64,000 nt of DNA. Origin: Octopus sinensis (taxonomy: Eukaryota). This document shows positions 38,998 to 53,574 of this stretch, one piece after another. Both the position numbers and the translations under genes were made by a program. Location of the stretch: assembly GCF_006345805.1 (NCBI RefSeq), contig NC_043017.1, positions 12,090,001 through 12,154,000 on the forward strand, in the 5' to 3' direction. The first letter of the stretch is position 1, and each line of letters starts with the position of its first letter. The notes below the pieces were generated by a model. It was not told the origin of the DNA, searched no databases, and worked only from the letters and a program-made list of their open reading frames with translations.

Positions 38998-39156
38998 TGA
39001 CAATTTACCCATCGCACCCTGTATATATATACCTTACACACACACACATCTCAACCATTTTTACTTCTCCTTTTCTCCTGGAGTAACCATGCATGTCACT
39101 GACTGCAAGAACCTGTACTTGCCCCTCTCAACTCCTGACACAAGGCCACCTTCTTC

Positions 39157-39479
39157 GGATCTTTTCCTTTTGATTGACAGAATTCAACCCAATTTCTAGT
39201 TAACTAAACAATTTGAAACTTCGCATACTGGTAGAATGTGTCAAAAGAAAACATTATTTTCACTTGGCTTTTTTTGAGAAAATTGTAATTTGTAAGTTTA
39301 ACATAGTTTAATTCTTCGAATTTTAACCAATGAATCGCCAGTATTTGAGCTCAAATCATTTGCTGCGTCTAAAAACTCAGACAACATCCCGTTACTGTTT
39401 GCTTTCGTTGTTGCCTTGGAAAGCGATTATATATACGCGAAGAGGATGGATGGACAGACAGACAGACAGACAGACAGAC

Positions 39480-39534
<55 letters not shown>

Positions 39535-39625
39535 TAGACAGATAGATAGATAGATAGATAGATTCAAATTGTTTAGTTAACTAGAAATTGGGTTGAATTC
39601 TGTCTATCAAAAGGAAAAGATATCC
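39157..39625. mobile_element. MITE of the GGATCTTTTC-TIR family with internal (GACA)/(GATA) microsatellite
   Basis: Long inverted termini; 8-bp TSD CCTTCTTC at 39149-39156 and 39626-39633. Confidence 0.85.
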
Positions 39626-40622
39626 CCTTCTTCAATACTGCACCCTCCTTCTATCAAAGGATCTCGTCTTACAAGTAATGGTGTCAAAAAAAAAGTACCC
39701 TGTACTCTCTGTATAGTGGTTGTCATTAAGAAGGACATCTGGCTGAAGGAGCCAAAGCAGACACTGGGACACAGAACAACCCTCTGGGCCATTGCTTCTT
39801 GTCAAACCATTCGACTTATACCAATATAGAAGACTGACATTAAGCAATGAGGACGATGATGTTGATGATGATGATGGTGATGATGATGATGGAGAGGATC
39901 ATGATGTAGACATGGAATATATTTCAATTGTTACTCAAGAGTAAGATGGTTGAGAAATGGTATCTATGGTGCTTTGTCTCTGACTGTTACGAACATTAAA
40001 ACCAGTTACACACTTATACTGGGCACTCTATCGGCTGCTGATGAAGGCAGGGTGTGTATATTTACGTTTACATGCATATTTGTGTCAGAATGATGGATCC
40101 ATGTTTATGGAGGAATATATAGATATGTATACACACACCTTCATTTATCTGTTATTCTGCAAAAAGCTGTGCATACATATATATCTATATATATGTATGT
40201 GCATGCATATGTATGTATAGATGCATATATTATAGAATATATACATATATAAATATTCATATATGTATACAGGCTTATATATATATATATATGCATATTT
40301 TTATGTGTGTATATATATATTATTATATATATATAATATATATAATGTATATGTTAGTATATATGCCAACATGAATACACAAGCACACATTTAACAACTA
40401 ACATCATAATACACTGCATCTCTCCCCACCACTTATCATCCACCAGACCCCCATCCTCACCTTCCACACCACCACCACCTCCATCATCATCCTTCTGACA
40501 TCCATAATTTATCAATATTTCCGACAGTGTCCATCTATTTCATCGTTATTGCCAATATTTATTATACCTATTATATTGCTTATGTATATGCATATGATCA
40601 TATATATATAATATATATATTA

Positions 40623-40653
<31 letters not shown>

Positions 40654-41479
40654 ATATATGTATATATGTATATATTAATATATATGTATTATATATATAT
40701 ATATATGTGTTATATATATATATATATATATAATATATATATATATATATACATACATGCATGTTGTTTTGGGTTTATTTTGAAGCATTCCTTCTTGTTA
40801 TTGTTATTGTTGTTGGCATTATTGTCATCTTTGTTGTTGTTGTTATAGCTAGGTTTTTTTTTTATATTATTGTTGTTTGTTGTTTCACTGTACTTAATAT
40901 TTTTTTTTTATTTTTATTTGTTGTTATTTTACAGTTGCAGTTTTTAGTTTTTATAATTTTTTATTATTTTTTCTTTCTTTCTGTTGATGTTCTTGTCATT
41001 TTTGCTTTTGTTTTATTGTTGTTGTTTTTCTCTCGGCAACCTTGTTCTTCTTATTGTTATTGTTATCCTAATATTTTTGTTGCTATGTTGTTGTTATTTC
41101 CATGTTGCTAAACTGTTATTTTCCTCGCTACAACTATTTTATATTTTTTTTTTCTAATTATTGCATCTTTAAAAAAATATCCCTTTGTTTTCGCTTATAC
41201 ACACATATGTACGAGTCTATGTATGTGTGTGTATATACATTTATATATAAAGAGACATACATATATAAACCCACATGTGTGTGTATGTATATATATATAC
41301 ATATATATATATGGGTATTTAATGCAAGTGTATATATGTCCATATACAAATACATGCTTGTATGTACATACATACTTGTACGCAAACATATATATATGAA
41401 TGTGTGTATATGTATATATATATATATATTTTTTTTTCTAGTCAGCTCAGAGCTGCGGCCATGCTGATGCACCGCCGTT

Positions 41480-41513
<34 letters not shown>

Positions 41514-41769
41514 TGATATATACATATACACGCACACATGTATGTATATATGTGTATATGTATACAGATGCTCAGTCCAGCATATTTCGTCTTTTAATTC
41601 TAGGGTTGGGGTAGGATGATTGGTGTGAGTTCTTTACTGCAAAAGGCTTAGCTTTTCTCTGTCCCCTTCCCATCTCCTCCCCCTCCCCCCCCCCCGGACA
41701 CACGTCTGCTTCACATAAACAGAAAGAGACAAACGGATTATTCATGGGAATTTTACTTTGTCCTCTTTT

Positions 41770-42640
41770 TCCCCATCCGCCTCCACCACCACCACCACCA
41801 CCACCACCACCACCACACCCTCACCACTACCGATGCCGCCGCCACCAACATTACCCTCAGCCCCTTACCCACTTGCATTACCCCCTGCAAGCACCACTAA
41901 TGCCACGATCACCACCACCACCACAACCATCCCCCCCACCGCCACCAATTCCACCTACTACCCCTCTCCTGTTCTCAAATCTTCTGACATTCAGTAAAAT
42001 AGCAGCTGGAATGGACCATTGCATGTCTTTACAGAAAAGATCCAGACTTTGCTGTTGGCATTGGTGATGGTGATGGTGATGGTGATGATGATGATGATGT
42101 TAGTGTCGGTGCTGGTGGGGGTGGTGTTGTTGATAGTGGTGCTGCTGAGGGTCTCAGTGTTTGTGGTGGTGGTGGTGGTGGTGGTGGTGGTGGTAGTGGT
42201 GATGGTGGTGGTGGTGGTGGTAGTGGTAGTAGGTGTAGCAGTAGTAGTATTCATTGGGAATGTTTTTGGTGCAATGGTGGTGGTGGTGGTGGTGGTGGTG
42301 GTGGTGGAGGTGGTGGTGTTGATGGTGATGGTGGTGGTGGTGGTTGTGTTTGATGGTGGTGTGGTGGTTGGTGGTGGTGGGTGTGGTGGTGGAGGGGGGT
42401 GGTGGTGTGGGTGGTGTTGATGGTGGTGGTGGTGGTGGTGGTAGTAGGTGTAGCAGTAGTAGTATTCATTGGGAATGTTTTTGGTGCAATGGTGGTGGTG
42501 GTGGTTGTGGTGGTGGTAGAGAAGTTGATCGTGGTCTTCTTGTTTTTGTTATTGTTGGTGTTGATGTTGAAGGTGGTATTAGTGACGGTGGTGGTGGTGG
42601 TTGTCTTTCTATGTGTTTTGGAGATGTTACTGTTGTTGTT
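41770..42640. repeat. (CAC)n-rich tract followed by (GGT)n-rich tract
   Basis: Direct reading. Confidence 0.9.
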
Positions 42641-43539
42641 GGTGTGGTCTTACTGTTCTTGGTAGTTGTGTTGGTGCTTATAATGGTGTAGGCGGTGATA
42701 GTAGTGGTGGTCCTGTTGGTATTGTCAATGGTTTTGCCAGTGATGGTGTTGACAGTATGCAGTATGGAGGGTCATCTCATGTCCTGTTAATATTATAAGT
42801 GTTTATGTTTTGTTATTTTTCTATAACCTCACTTTGACGTGTACTATGTAAGTGAAATTGGGTTGACGGAAACTGTACTGAAGCTTGACAAGCATATTGT
42901 AGATATAATTCAAAATATAGGAAGACAATAAATTCAAAAAAGTACAACTCTATCAAATATCAAGTTGTGCTGATTGTACCTGAGAGATAAATTAAGGGTA
43001 CTTGTGTTTGTGGAATACTTGGCCATTTAGTGAGGGTGCAGGGCCTAGAGATTGTGGTTTCAATTCCTGGACCAGGTGGTGTGTTGTATTCTTGAGCAAA
43101 ACACTTCATCTCCTGATGCTCAGCAATCACTTCAACACCTAATGTGAGGTACACCATCCACCTGTTCAGACAACATCGATTTGATGGAAGGACAGGTGAG
43201 CTGATGTAAAGCACAAACATTTCATCTTTATAACCACAAAATTACCTGTGCAAGCTTTTCAGCAAGAAATTGCAAGAACCGTCTTTCTTGAACAATGGGA
43301 AACTACCATCATCATTGCTTGGCCATTTATTTATGTGTTAATTTAGGGACAGGTACTTTAATTAACCAGACAAGTGGATTCTTACATGTGAAATTAATAC
43401 ATAAGTAGTGACTGAATATCCTACAGTTATGGATACATATAATGCAGTTATTAAGCTGAATCAGAATGGTAAAGTGTGTGGTGAAGCTGGAGTTTTAAAA
43501 ATTACATTTAAATGCAGAGAGAGAAATAGATGGATAGAC

Positions 43540-44030
<491 letters not shown>

Positions 44031-44349
44031 GAAAAAAAGAGAAACAGAGGGAGAGAGAGAATACAATCGATCCAATTTTGGATTTCTTGACCTCAAAAGA
44101 ACAAAGGGCAGAGTTGCTTTTGATGTAACTTGAACTCACAGTGCAGAGCACCAGAAGGAATACCACTCTTAATGACTGTACCAATTTACCATCAAAGGAT
44201 AAAACAGTTGTGAAACCCACAGATAAAGGAAGACTATTGTAGCACCAGAGTGGAATTCTGGAATCAAAACAGAAAGGTTAATGTGTGGATATAATTAACA
44301 TTGAGAGCCATCTTGCCATCTGGATGTTTCATAATCATATACACTTGTA

Positions 44350-44549
44350 CACACACACACACACACACCTCTCACACACACACACACACCTCTCACACAC
44401 ACACACCTCTCACATACACACACCTCACACACACACACACACCTCACACACACACCTCTCACACACACACACCTCTCACACACACACACACCTCTCTCTC
44501 TCTCATGCATACACACACCTCTCACACACACACCTCTCACACACACACA

Positions 44550-44583
<34 letters not shown>

Positions 44584-44661
44584 CTCTCACACACACACAT
44601 ACACACCTCTCACACACATACACACCTCTCACACACACACACACCTCTCACACACACACAC

Positions 44662-44692
<31 letters not shown>

Positions 44693-45335
44693 CTCTCACA
44701 CACACACACCTCACACACACACCTCTCTCACACACACACACCTCTCTCACACACACACACACCTCTCTCACACATACACCTCACACACACACCTCTCTCA
44801 CACACACATACACACCTCTCTCACACACACACACACCTCTCTCTCACACACACACACCTCACACACACACACCTCACACACACACACCTCACACACACAC
44901 ACACACCTCTCTCACACACACACACCTCTCACACACACACACACCTCTCACACACACATCAAACACATTCACCAACACACACTCCCACACACACCAACCC
45001 ACCTCTCACACACACACACCTCTCACACACACACATACACACACCTCTCACACACACACACACCTCACACACACCTCTCTCACACACACACACCTCTCAC
45101 ACACACACACACCTCTCACACACACACACACACCTATCCCCCCACACACACACACACACACACACACCTCTCACACACACATACCTCACACACACACACC
45201 TCTCTCACACACACACACACACACCTCTCACACACACACCTCTCACACACACACCTCTCACACACACACCTCTCACACACACACACATCCATATATATAC
45301 ACAAGTACACATGCAGACATAAACACAACACACAC
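44350..45335. repeat. (CA)n punctuated by CCTCT, about 1 kb
   Basis: Direct reading; explains the poly-HT ORFs. Confidence 0.95.
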
Positions 45336-45771
45336 ACACACACTATATTCTCTGTCTGTGTGTCCTTCTATCTTACTCATTATCCCTATTGGTCTGTCTG
45401 TCTGTCTGCCTGTGTTTTCCTGCTTCTCTCCGTCTCTCTTTCTACCTCACTCACTCTTTCTTCCACTCTTTCCTTCTTTCAGTACTTCTCACTATGTCAG
45501 GTCATGTGACCACATCTCTCCTACTCCCTCTCTCATCACTCTCATACATTCTGTCTCCCTCTATCACTCTGTCTGTGTCTCTATCACTCATTGTTTCTCT
45601 GTCTCTATCTATCTGTCTGCCTCCTTCTCTCTGTCTCCCCCCACCCCATCCCACTCTGTTGATACAACTTAATGAGATTCTGGTGAACATCTGGCCCAGG
45701 ATAAACTCTCTGACCAACAAGGGAACAGGATCAAATACAGCTGATGCTAGCCAAAAGTCATAAGTGTACCT

Positions 45772-46620
45772 CATCACCACCACCACCACCATCTTCGTCT
45801 CCACCACTATCGCCACCACCACAACCACCACCACAACCACCACCACAACCACCACCACAACCACAACCACCACTACCACCACCACAACCACCACCACAAC
45901 CACAACCACCACCACCACCACAACCACAACCACCACCACAACCACCACCACAACCACCACCACCCACCAACCACAACCACCACCACAACCACAACCACCA
46001 CCACCACCACAACCACCACCACAACCACACACAACCACCACACAACCACCACCACAACCACAACCACCACCACCACCACCACCACCACCACCACCACAAC
46101 CACAACCACCACCACCACCACCCCACAACCACACCACAGAAACCACCCAACACCACAACCACCACCACAACCCACCCGACCACAACCCCACCCCAAAACA
46201 AACCACAACCACCACCACCCCACAACCACCACCACAACCACCACCACAACACCATCCAACAACCACCACCACACCACCAACCACAACCACCACCAACCAC
46301 ACCACCACCACAACCACCACCACCACCACCACCATCTTCGTCTCCACCACTATTGCCATCACTATCGAGGCTGTCCTTAAAAAGGAGATTCATAATTCCT
46401 TGATACTGAGTGATAATAATAATGACAACAGACTTTATGGCGGTGGTGGTGGTGGTGGTAGTCACTGTTGTAGTGCAGTGGTGAATGTGCTTCTAATGAT
46501 GGTGATGTTAATGTTGATTGTGGTAGTGGTTGTGGTAACCCATGGTGATGAGGTGGTAATGGCAGTGATGGTAGTGATGGTGGTGGTGGTGGTTACATTA
46601 GTAATGATGGTTTGCAGTCT
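45772..46620. repeat. (CAC/CAA)n tract then (GGT/GAT)n tract
   Basis: Direct reading; ATCTTCGTCTCCACCACTAT is duplicated at both ends of the CAC tract. Confidence 0.9.
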
Positions 46621-47227
46621 CTGTTGATGGGGATGAAGGGTGTTGAAAAAAAAAGAAGAAATCTCAATTAAAAATAGATTAATATTTTTAAAAAAGCGCC
46701 TCCCCCACTACCTCAAAAAGCACAAAAATAAAACAAATGTTCCCCAACATCCTCAGCACCCACCCCCCACTGCATTCACATACATTCCTTTTTATCATCA
46801 CCTTCATTACTTTCATCTTTAATACCTCATCCCCACAGCCTCCACCCTCGCCACCGTCACTCTAGCCAACTGGACAAGGTATAACAATACTCAGCTCCAT
46901 GCTTTCTCAAAGAACATCTGAATGTGAACTTCATCATCATCATCATCACCAGCACTAGTGGTAAGCATGACCTTTGAACATTGGGTGTGACCGAGACCTT
47001 TGGAGATATGCTGAGCTTGAGAAGACCCGACAAGCCAAGTGAGACCATAGCTCGTGGTCTATGCCACTTATGCATACCTTTCACTTATGTGTAACCAGCC
47101 CACTTGTGCATACCTTTCACTTATGTGTAACCAGCCCACTTATGCATACCTTTCTGAAGTGGATTAATTCAGATTCGTTCTTGTTTAGCTGCACACTGTG
47201 TTTTTACATCCATAAATGAAACAAAAC

Positions 47228-47637
47228 AAAACCAATCGTCTGGCACCTGTGTCGGTGGCACATAAAAAACACCATCCGAGCGTGGCCGTCTGCCAGCCTC
47301 GTCTGGCACCTGTGTCGGTAGCACATAAAAAACACCATCCAAGCGTGGCCGTTCGCCAGCCTCGTCTGGCACCTGTGTCGGTGGCACATAAAAAACACCA
47401 TCCAAGCGTGGCCGTTTGCCAGCCTCGTCTGGCACCTGTGTCGGTAGCACATAAAATCACCCACTACACTCTCGGAGTGGTTGGCGTTAGGAAGGGCATC
47501 CAGCTGTAGAAACACTGCCAGATCTGACTGGCCTGGTGCAGCCTTCGGGCTCCCCAGACCCCAGTTGAACCGTCCAACCCATGCTAGCATGGAAAGCGGA
47601 CGTTAAACGATGATGATGATGATGATGATGATGATGA
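47228..47637 (+). mobile_element. SINE family E with four ~58-bp internal repeats
   Basis: Inverted near-twin of 32478-32860. Confidence 0.85.
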
Positions 47638-48052
47638 TATAAACAAGGTTTCAGGTAAATATTAAGGCCAAGATTTTGTTCATTTCTAAATATTTGGTTC
47701 CAAACCATCTATCTTGAAATTTCCACCATAACTATCCAATTACTATTATTCTGCACCAAGTGTTCAATCAGCTAATCCCAAATTCTCGTGTCTAAATAGC
47801 CTGTCACAATTTAGTCCCAAATATTCAGTTCCAAAGGCACAGGTGTGGTTTTGTGCTAAGAAGCTTGCTTCTCAATCACATGGTTCTGAGTTCAGTCCTA
47901 CTGCATGGTACCTTGGGCAGGTGTTTTCTACTATAGCCCTGGTTCAACTAAATTCAAGTGATTTTGGTTGATGGAAACTCAAAAAAACCTGTCATTTATA
48001 TATTTTTTCAGGAAGTTTTCGACCATAACAATCAACTTCCTGAAAACAAAAA

Positions 48053-48152
48053 NNNNNNNNNNNNNNNNNNNNNNNNNNNNNNNNNNNNNNNNNNNNNNNN
48101 NNNNNNNNNNNNNNNNNNNNNNNNNNNNNNNNNNNNNNNNNNNNNNNNNNNN
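48053..48152. other. Assembly gap (100 N)
   Basis: Run of exactly 100 N; true size unknown. Confidence 1.
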
Positions 48153-48189
48153 CTATGTTTAGCCCCTTGTGGGTAATAAAGAAACAGAT

Positions 48190-49310
48190 ACCTTAGTCAA
48201 ATCTACGAGTTAACATGGGATCCCTTGACGACAACGTATCCCCGACAACAGGCACCTCTGTATATCCGACCACTATCTTTCTGATCATATCCAGAGAATT
48301 GCATACGGTGCATGAAGTTCTGTACATGTTTCTTTGTTTCATAGGGTTTGCATAGTGGGGACACGCTGTTTATTATCCTAAGTCTGCTATCAGTATGTTG
48401 ATTTTCATGTTGTGTGTGACAAAGCTGAGTTCTTGTGAACCACGTATTTCGAAGCTACGGATTGCATGTAATAGGAGTGAAGGAACTGCATTCTGCTGTT
48501 CATAGTCTCTAACCAAAGTTCAGTATCAAGCATGGTATGCTATAGTGAAGGAACTAATCATTCTATCTGTGGTGTACCCGGTATTATACGATAGCGATGA
48601 CATTGATACGTAACCTTTTGTAGCATACCCAAGACAGTTCGTTTCCATTCCTACTAGGTATGTAGTCCTTATACCAACATGTGGAGGCGCAATGGCCCAG
48701 TGGTTAGGGCAGCGGACTTGCGGTCATAGGATCGCGGTTTCGATTCCCAGAACGGGCGTTGTGAGTGTTTATTGAGCGAAAACACCTAAAAGCTCCACGA
48801 GGCTCCGGCAGGGGGTGGTGGTGAACCCTGCTGTACTCTTTCACCACAACTTTCTCTCACTCTTACTTCCTGTTTCTGTTGTACCTGTATTTCAAGGGGC
48901 CGGCCTTGTCACTCTCTGTGTCACGCTGAATATCCCCGAGAACTACGTTAAGGGTACACGTGTCTGTGGAGTGCTCAGCCACTCACACGTTAATTTCAGG
49001 AGCAGGCTGTTCCGTTGATCGGATCAACCGGAACCCTCGTCGTCGTAACCGACGGAGTGCTTCCATCCATTCATACCAACATACAGTTTTTTGAGCAGCG
49101 CTCGTTATGTAGTAGATAGAACTCGCTATCCAAACCTCTTCTTACCTGTAACTATTGTCTGTTGTCGCTTCATCTGATTCACACAAAGGTGGTTATACCA
49201 TTCAATTTTGATATGATCACCACTCGTTTAACATTCCATATTGTTAATCGCTATTCCCTACTGCCGGCTTTCCTTGATATCCGATCTGCTATTTCCTCAA
49301 ACTGCGTACA
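48190..49310 (-). mobile_element. Decayed Penelope-like (Neptune-type) reverse transcriptase remnant, interrupted by a SINE
   Basis: Frameshifted minus-strand translation: CYKR..INVI (motif C region), MLDTELWLE, FLHSYYMQSVASKYVVHKNSALS, RIINSVSPLC...HVQNFMHRMQFSGYDQKD. Matches from memory the PLE thumb pattern LD..VW..ILH.FY.K..S...H..SAL...RMQ.SGY. Confidence 0.75.
48681..49072 (+). mobile_element. SINE family D, intact
   Basis: 10-bp TSD ATACCAACAT (48671-80, 49073-82). Confidence 0.92.
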
Positions 49311-49324
49311 ATTTTTTTTTTTTT

Positions 49325-49715
49325 TTTACTTATTTCAGTCATTTGACTGCGGCCATGCTGGAGCACCGCCTTTAATCGAGCAACTCGACCCCGTACTTAT
49401 AAGCCCAGTACTTATTCTATTGGTCTCTTTTGCCGAACCGCTAAGTAACAGGGACATAAACACACCAGCATCGGTTGTCAAGCAATGCTAGGGGGACAAA
49501 CACAGACACACAAACACACACACACATACATATATATATATACATATATACGACGGGCTTCTTTCAGTTTCCGTCTACCAAATCCACTCACAAGGCTTTG
49601 GTCGGCCCGAGGCTATAGTAGAAGACACTTGCCCAAGGTGCCACGCAGTGGGACTGAACCCGGAACCATGTGGTTGGTAGACAAGCTACTTACCACACAG
49701 CCACTCCTGCGCCTA
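49325..49715 (-). mobile_element. SINE family A
   Basis: Full length, reverse orientation. Confidence 0.9.
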
Positions 49716-50531
49716 TGTGTAGTTCATTATATAACCCCATCCTTCTTTAACTTCTTGTTGATTGGTAGTACTCTAATTTACTATAACTTCAATTACAAAA
49801 TTTTTTTATCGTATTCGATGACCTCCGTACCCCATCCTCCACTTTCAACCAGTATCCACTGAATACACCTAAATTTCTGTTTCTCTATCCCCCTCTCTTG
49901 ACCATTTACCATTAGCCAGAGATTCCTATACCCGATTGGCTTGCATGCTTTTATTTTTATTTTATTTTTTAAATACTTATCATTTCTCTCTTCCCTTGTC
50001 CTGAATTGTTTTATGACCTCTCCTTACTTCCCACTACTCTAAGCCTTCTATGATAAATTATTTCCTACTCCCCACTTCAGTCTGCGTATGATCTAGTCTA
50101 GCAGACTCCTCCCGCTAGTCACTGGCTTTAAATATCATATTACACACTTTCAAGAACTACATTCTTAACCTAAACGGCCAACATAGTTGGTCATTCTCTC
50201 ATTTCGTAGTTGGCCTCGACAGACTCTAGCCACATCCCTGCTGTATTCTTGGGATATTCTTTTGTTTTTAAAAATTACTTCTCATCTGATGATTACGGTC
50301 TTTTATAACGTTGTAATGTTCTCATTTTCTATTAAAAATTACGTGAGAAACAGCTGTAATGAGCTGAAAATTATCCATCGTATGTTATTATTCATTTGAT
50401 TATACACACACATACATATATATAGTAAATAAATAAAAAAAAAACGAAGAACAAGCATAAGAAAAAAAAACAACGCGATGACGTGGCACATGCAAAGTAT
50501 TAGCAGACGCTCAGGGAAGGAAAGAAGAGTA

Positions 50532-50566
50532 GTTTTACTCTTCGCGCAAAGCTCTTCGTCAGAAGC
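50532..50566 (-). ncRNA. Old family H1 motif retaining canonical CUGACGA
   Basis: GCUU-CUGACGA-A-GAGC UUU GCGC-GAAGAGUA-AAAC; downstream CCUGAGCG..CUAAUAC is shared with H1 copies. Confidence 0.5.
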
Positions 50567-50982
50567 AGGAGACGGAGGAAAGTCCAAGAGAAAGGGAAGA
50601 CGGGGGTGAAAATCGCCAACGATCCACATACATACATATATATGTATGTATCGAGAGTTGAACAGAAAGAATACAAGAAGTTAGACGAAAGCAAACGGGA
50701 AGCCAGACGAAAACTTAACGGACGGGAAATTAGACAAAGACTCGATACACGTAATATTCGCAGCTTAGTTTTCCTCGTCCGTCAACGATGCATAATATCA
50801 TAGTAGTTTCGCGCCATTTACCATTGATACTGCTCAATCTTGCTAGCACAAGTGCATTTCATTAAGCTACTGGGTAAAAATGCTAGCGAATGTGTTCTAA
50901 GACAAACAAACAAGACAGTGTAGAAATGCAAAAGACAAATAATTATGCATATATAACAGTACGCGAGGCCTTACGGCTGTGT

Positions 50983-51011
<29 letters not shown>

Positions 51012-51013
<2 letters not shown>

Positions 51014-51205
51014 ACGGGGAGCTTTATGAAAATAAACAAAAGACGAAGGCAGGTGGAATACAAACAAACAATTGTATTAGTATGGCGCTCAGGAATAGAA
51101 ATAAAACAAGTTTTTTACGTTTCGAGCCTACGCTCTTCAACAGAAAGATACACAGAAAAGAAACAAGGAGAGAAAAAAATGCGTGCAGAAGCTAGCGAAT
51201 GAATG
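51012..51205 (-). mobile_element. Family H1 element with hammerhead-like motif at 51112-51147
   Basis: CUUU-CUGUUGA-A-GAGC GUAG GCUC-GAA-ACGU-A-AAAA; flanked by (TA)n. Confidence 0.72.
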
Positions 51206-51214
51206 CATATATAT

Positions 51215-51615
51215 CGCAGGAGTGGATGTGTGGTAAGTAGCTTGCTAACCAACCACATGGTTCCGGGTTCAGTCCCACTGCGTGGCATCTTGGGCAAGTG
51301 TCTTCTGCTATAGCCTCGGGCCGACCAAAGCCTTGTGAGTGGATTTGGTAGACGGAAACTGAAAGAAGCCTGTCGTATATATGTATATATATATGTATGT
51401 GTGTGTGTATGTTTGTGTGTCTATGTTTGTCCCTCTAGCATTGCTTGACAACCGATGCTGGTGTGTTTACGTCCTCGTCACTTAGCGGTTCGGCAAAAGA
51501 GACAGATAGAATAAGTACTAGGCTTACAAAGAATAAGTCCTGGGGTCGATTTCCTCGACTAAAGGCGGTGCTCCAGCATGGCCGCAGTCAAATGACTGAA
51601 ACAAGTAAAAGAGTA
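51215..51615 (+). mobile_element. SINE family A
   Basis: Full length. Confidence 0.9.
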
Positions 51616-52130
51616 ATATATATATATATATATATATATAAATGGGTAGCGCCGAAACGTCTGTGCCGAAACGTCTCATACTCGTTTTAGGAGGTTTGAA
51701 TGGAAGACAGGATGGTCTTGGATGGAATGTTGTTTGTTTTTTTTTTTTATCAATAGAATAAGTCTGTCTGCTCGAGATCATGATCAAGGTTGAACTGGCA
51801 ATGAACGACATAGAAAACGCGAACAAAGAGATATCAGGAGAGGACGAAAACAAACAAAAAAGGTGACAGGGGGAGGAGCAGGGGGAGCAGCAGGAGTAGG
51901 AGCAGGAAAGTGTTAATTCAGAACGAACTGGATTGTTTGACCTAGAAGAAGGAAAAGAGTCACTATTTTTATGCTATTATTTGTCCGCTGTGTATTATTC
52001 GAAGTGTTTTGTTTGTTTACTATGACCGACCTGAAGATAAGCATGGTATGAATATATTGATATTAACTTAAAATAAAATAAAAACGACTGTTTCTTTTGT
52101 CATGTGTGTGTGTGTGTGTGTCTAAATATG

Positions 52131-52903
52131 CAAGCGGTGAGCTGGCAGAAACGTTAGCACGCCGGGCGAAATGCGTAGCATTTATTTCGTCTGCCGTTAC
52201 GTTCTGAGTTCAAATTACGCCGAGGTCGACTTTGCCTTTCATCCTTTCGGGGTCGATAAATTAAGTACCAGTTACGCACTGGGGTCTATGTAATCGACTT
52301 AATCCGTTTGTCTGTCCTTGTTTAGCCCCTTGTGGGCAGTAAAGAAATAGGTATTTCGTCTGCCGCTACGTTCTGAGTTCAAATTCCGCCGAGGTCGACT
52401 TTGCCTTTCATCCTTTCGGGGTCGATTAAATAAGTACCAGTTATGCACTGGGGTCTATGTAATCGACTTAATCCGTTTGTCTGTCCTTGTTTGTCCCCTC
52501 TGTATTTAACCCCTTGTGGGCAGTAAAGAAATAGGTATATCGTCTGCCGCTACGTTCTGAGTTCAAATTCCGCCGGAGGTCGACTTTGCCTTTCATCCTT
52601 TCGGGGTCGATTAAATAAGTACCAGTTATGCACTGGGGTCTATGTAATCGACTTAATCCGTTTGTCTGTCCTTGTTTGTCCCCTCTGTGTTTAACCCCTT
52701 GTGGGCAGTAAAGAAATAGGTATATCGTCTGCCGCTACGTTCTGAGTTCAAATTCCGCCGAGGTCGACTTTGCCTTTCATCCTTTCGGGGTCGATTAAAT
52801 AAGTACCAGTTACGCACTGGGGTCGATGTAATCGACTTAATCCGTTTGTCTGTCCTTGTTTGTCCCTTCTGTGTTTAGCCCCTTGTGGGTAGTAAAGAAA
52901 TGG
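52131..52903 (+). repeat. Tandem array of SINE family B: one head plus four core/tail units (~170-186 bp)
   Basis: Units restart at about 52182, 52351, 52536 and 52722 with GTAT(T/A)TCGTCTGCCG. Confidence 0.92.
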
Positions 52904-53495
52904 GTATCACCGTCGTCGTTGCCGCCCCCACCGCCGTCATTGCCACCACTGCCACCGCTTCTACAGTGTCCGTCGCTGCGGCCGCGCCACTACCTTCTCT
53001 GCTCCCAACGCCCACTTTCTTCACTTCTTCACATCCTTTATAACCTCCAGCCTCTCCAGCGTAACCACCGCCATCACTGTTGCCACCACTGCCATCATTA
53101 TCGTCGTCGTAGTGATAATCATCATCGATTTACCATCTTACGGTATTGTATTATTCGGTACAATAGAAGGGGAATACACAGCGATTATTATTCGGAGGTT
53201 CATGGAGAAAGAAACCGATTTTGTAATTCTCAAAGCTTTAAATGAACAAGGGACGTTACTCGTATACAAAATAGTAAGGGAAACAACTCATTACAACGCA
53301 AATATACGGAAACTCGGTGAAAATAAATTGATAAATAGGCTTATAAAAGGCAAGACTATAAACACACATATGTACAACTACACTCAACCCTTCTCTCTTA
53401 AAGACGAGCAGGTGTGTTTGTGGATGTATATATAAATACATAAACAACTTATACGTATATATCTGTATATATGATTGTATGTGTACGTGTGAGTG

Positions 53496-53530
<35 letters not shown>

Positions 53531-53574
53531 TATATATATATATATTATACATATCTTTTATTTATCGGAATTAC

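Noticed and set aside
47228-47460. ~58-bp direct repeats and the 52131 array as CRISPR-like
   Set aside because: There are no unique spacers; these are contiguous tandem units inside eukaryotic SINEs.
47958-48176. ORFs spanning the N run
   Set aside because: Artefacts of the assembly gap.
53112-53435. 107-aa ORF MIIIIDLPSYG... as a gene or exon
   Set aside because: No recognisable domain and only weak splice signals.
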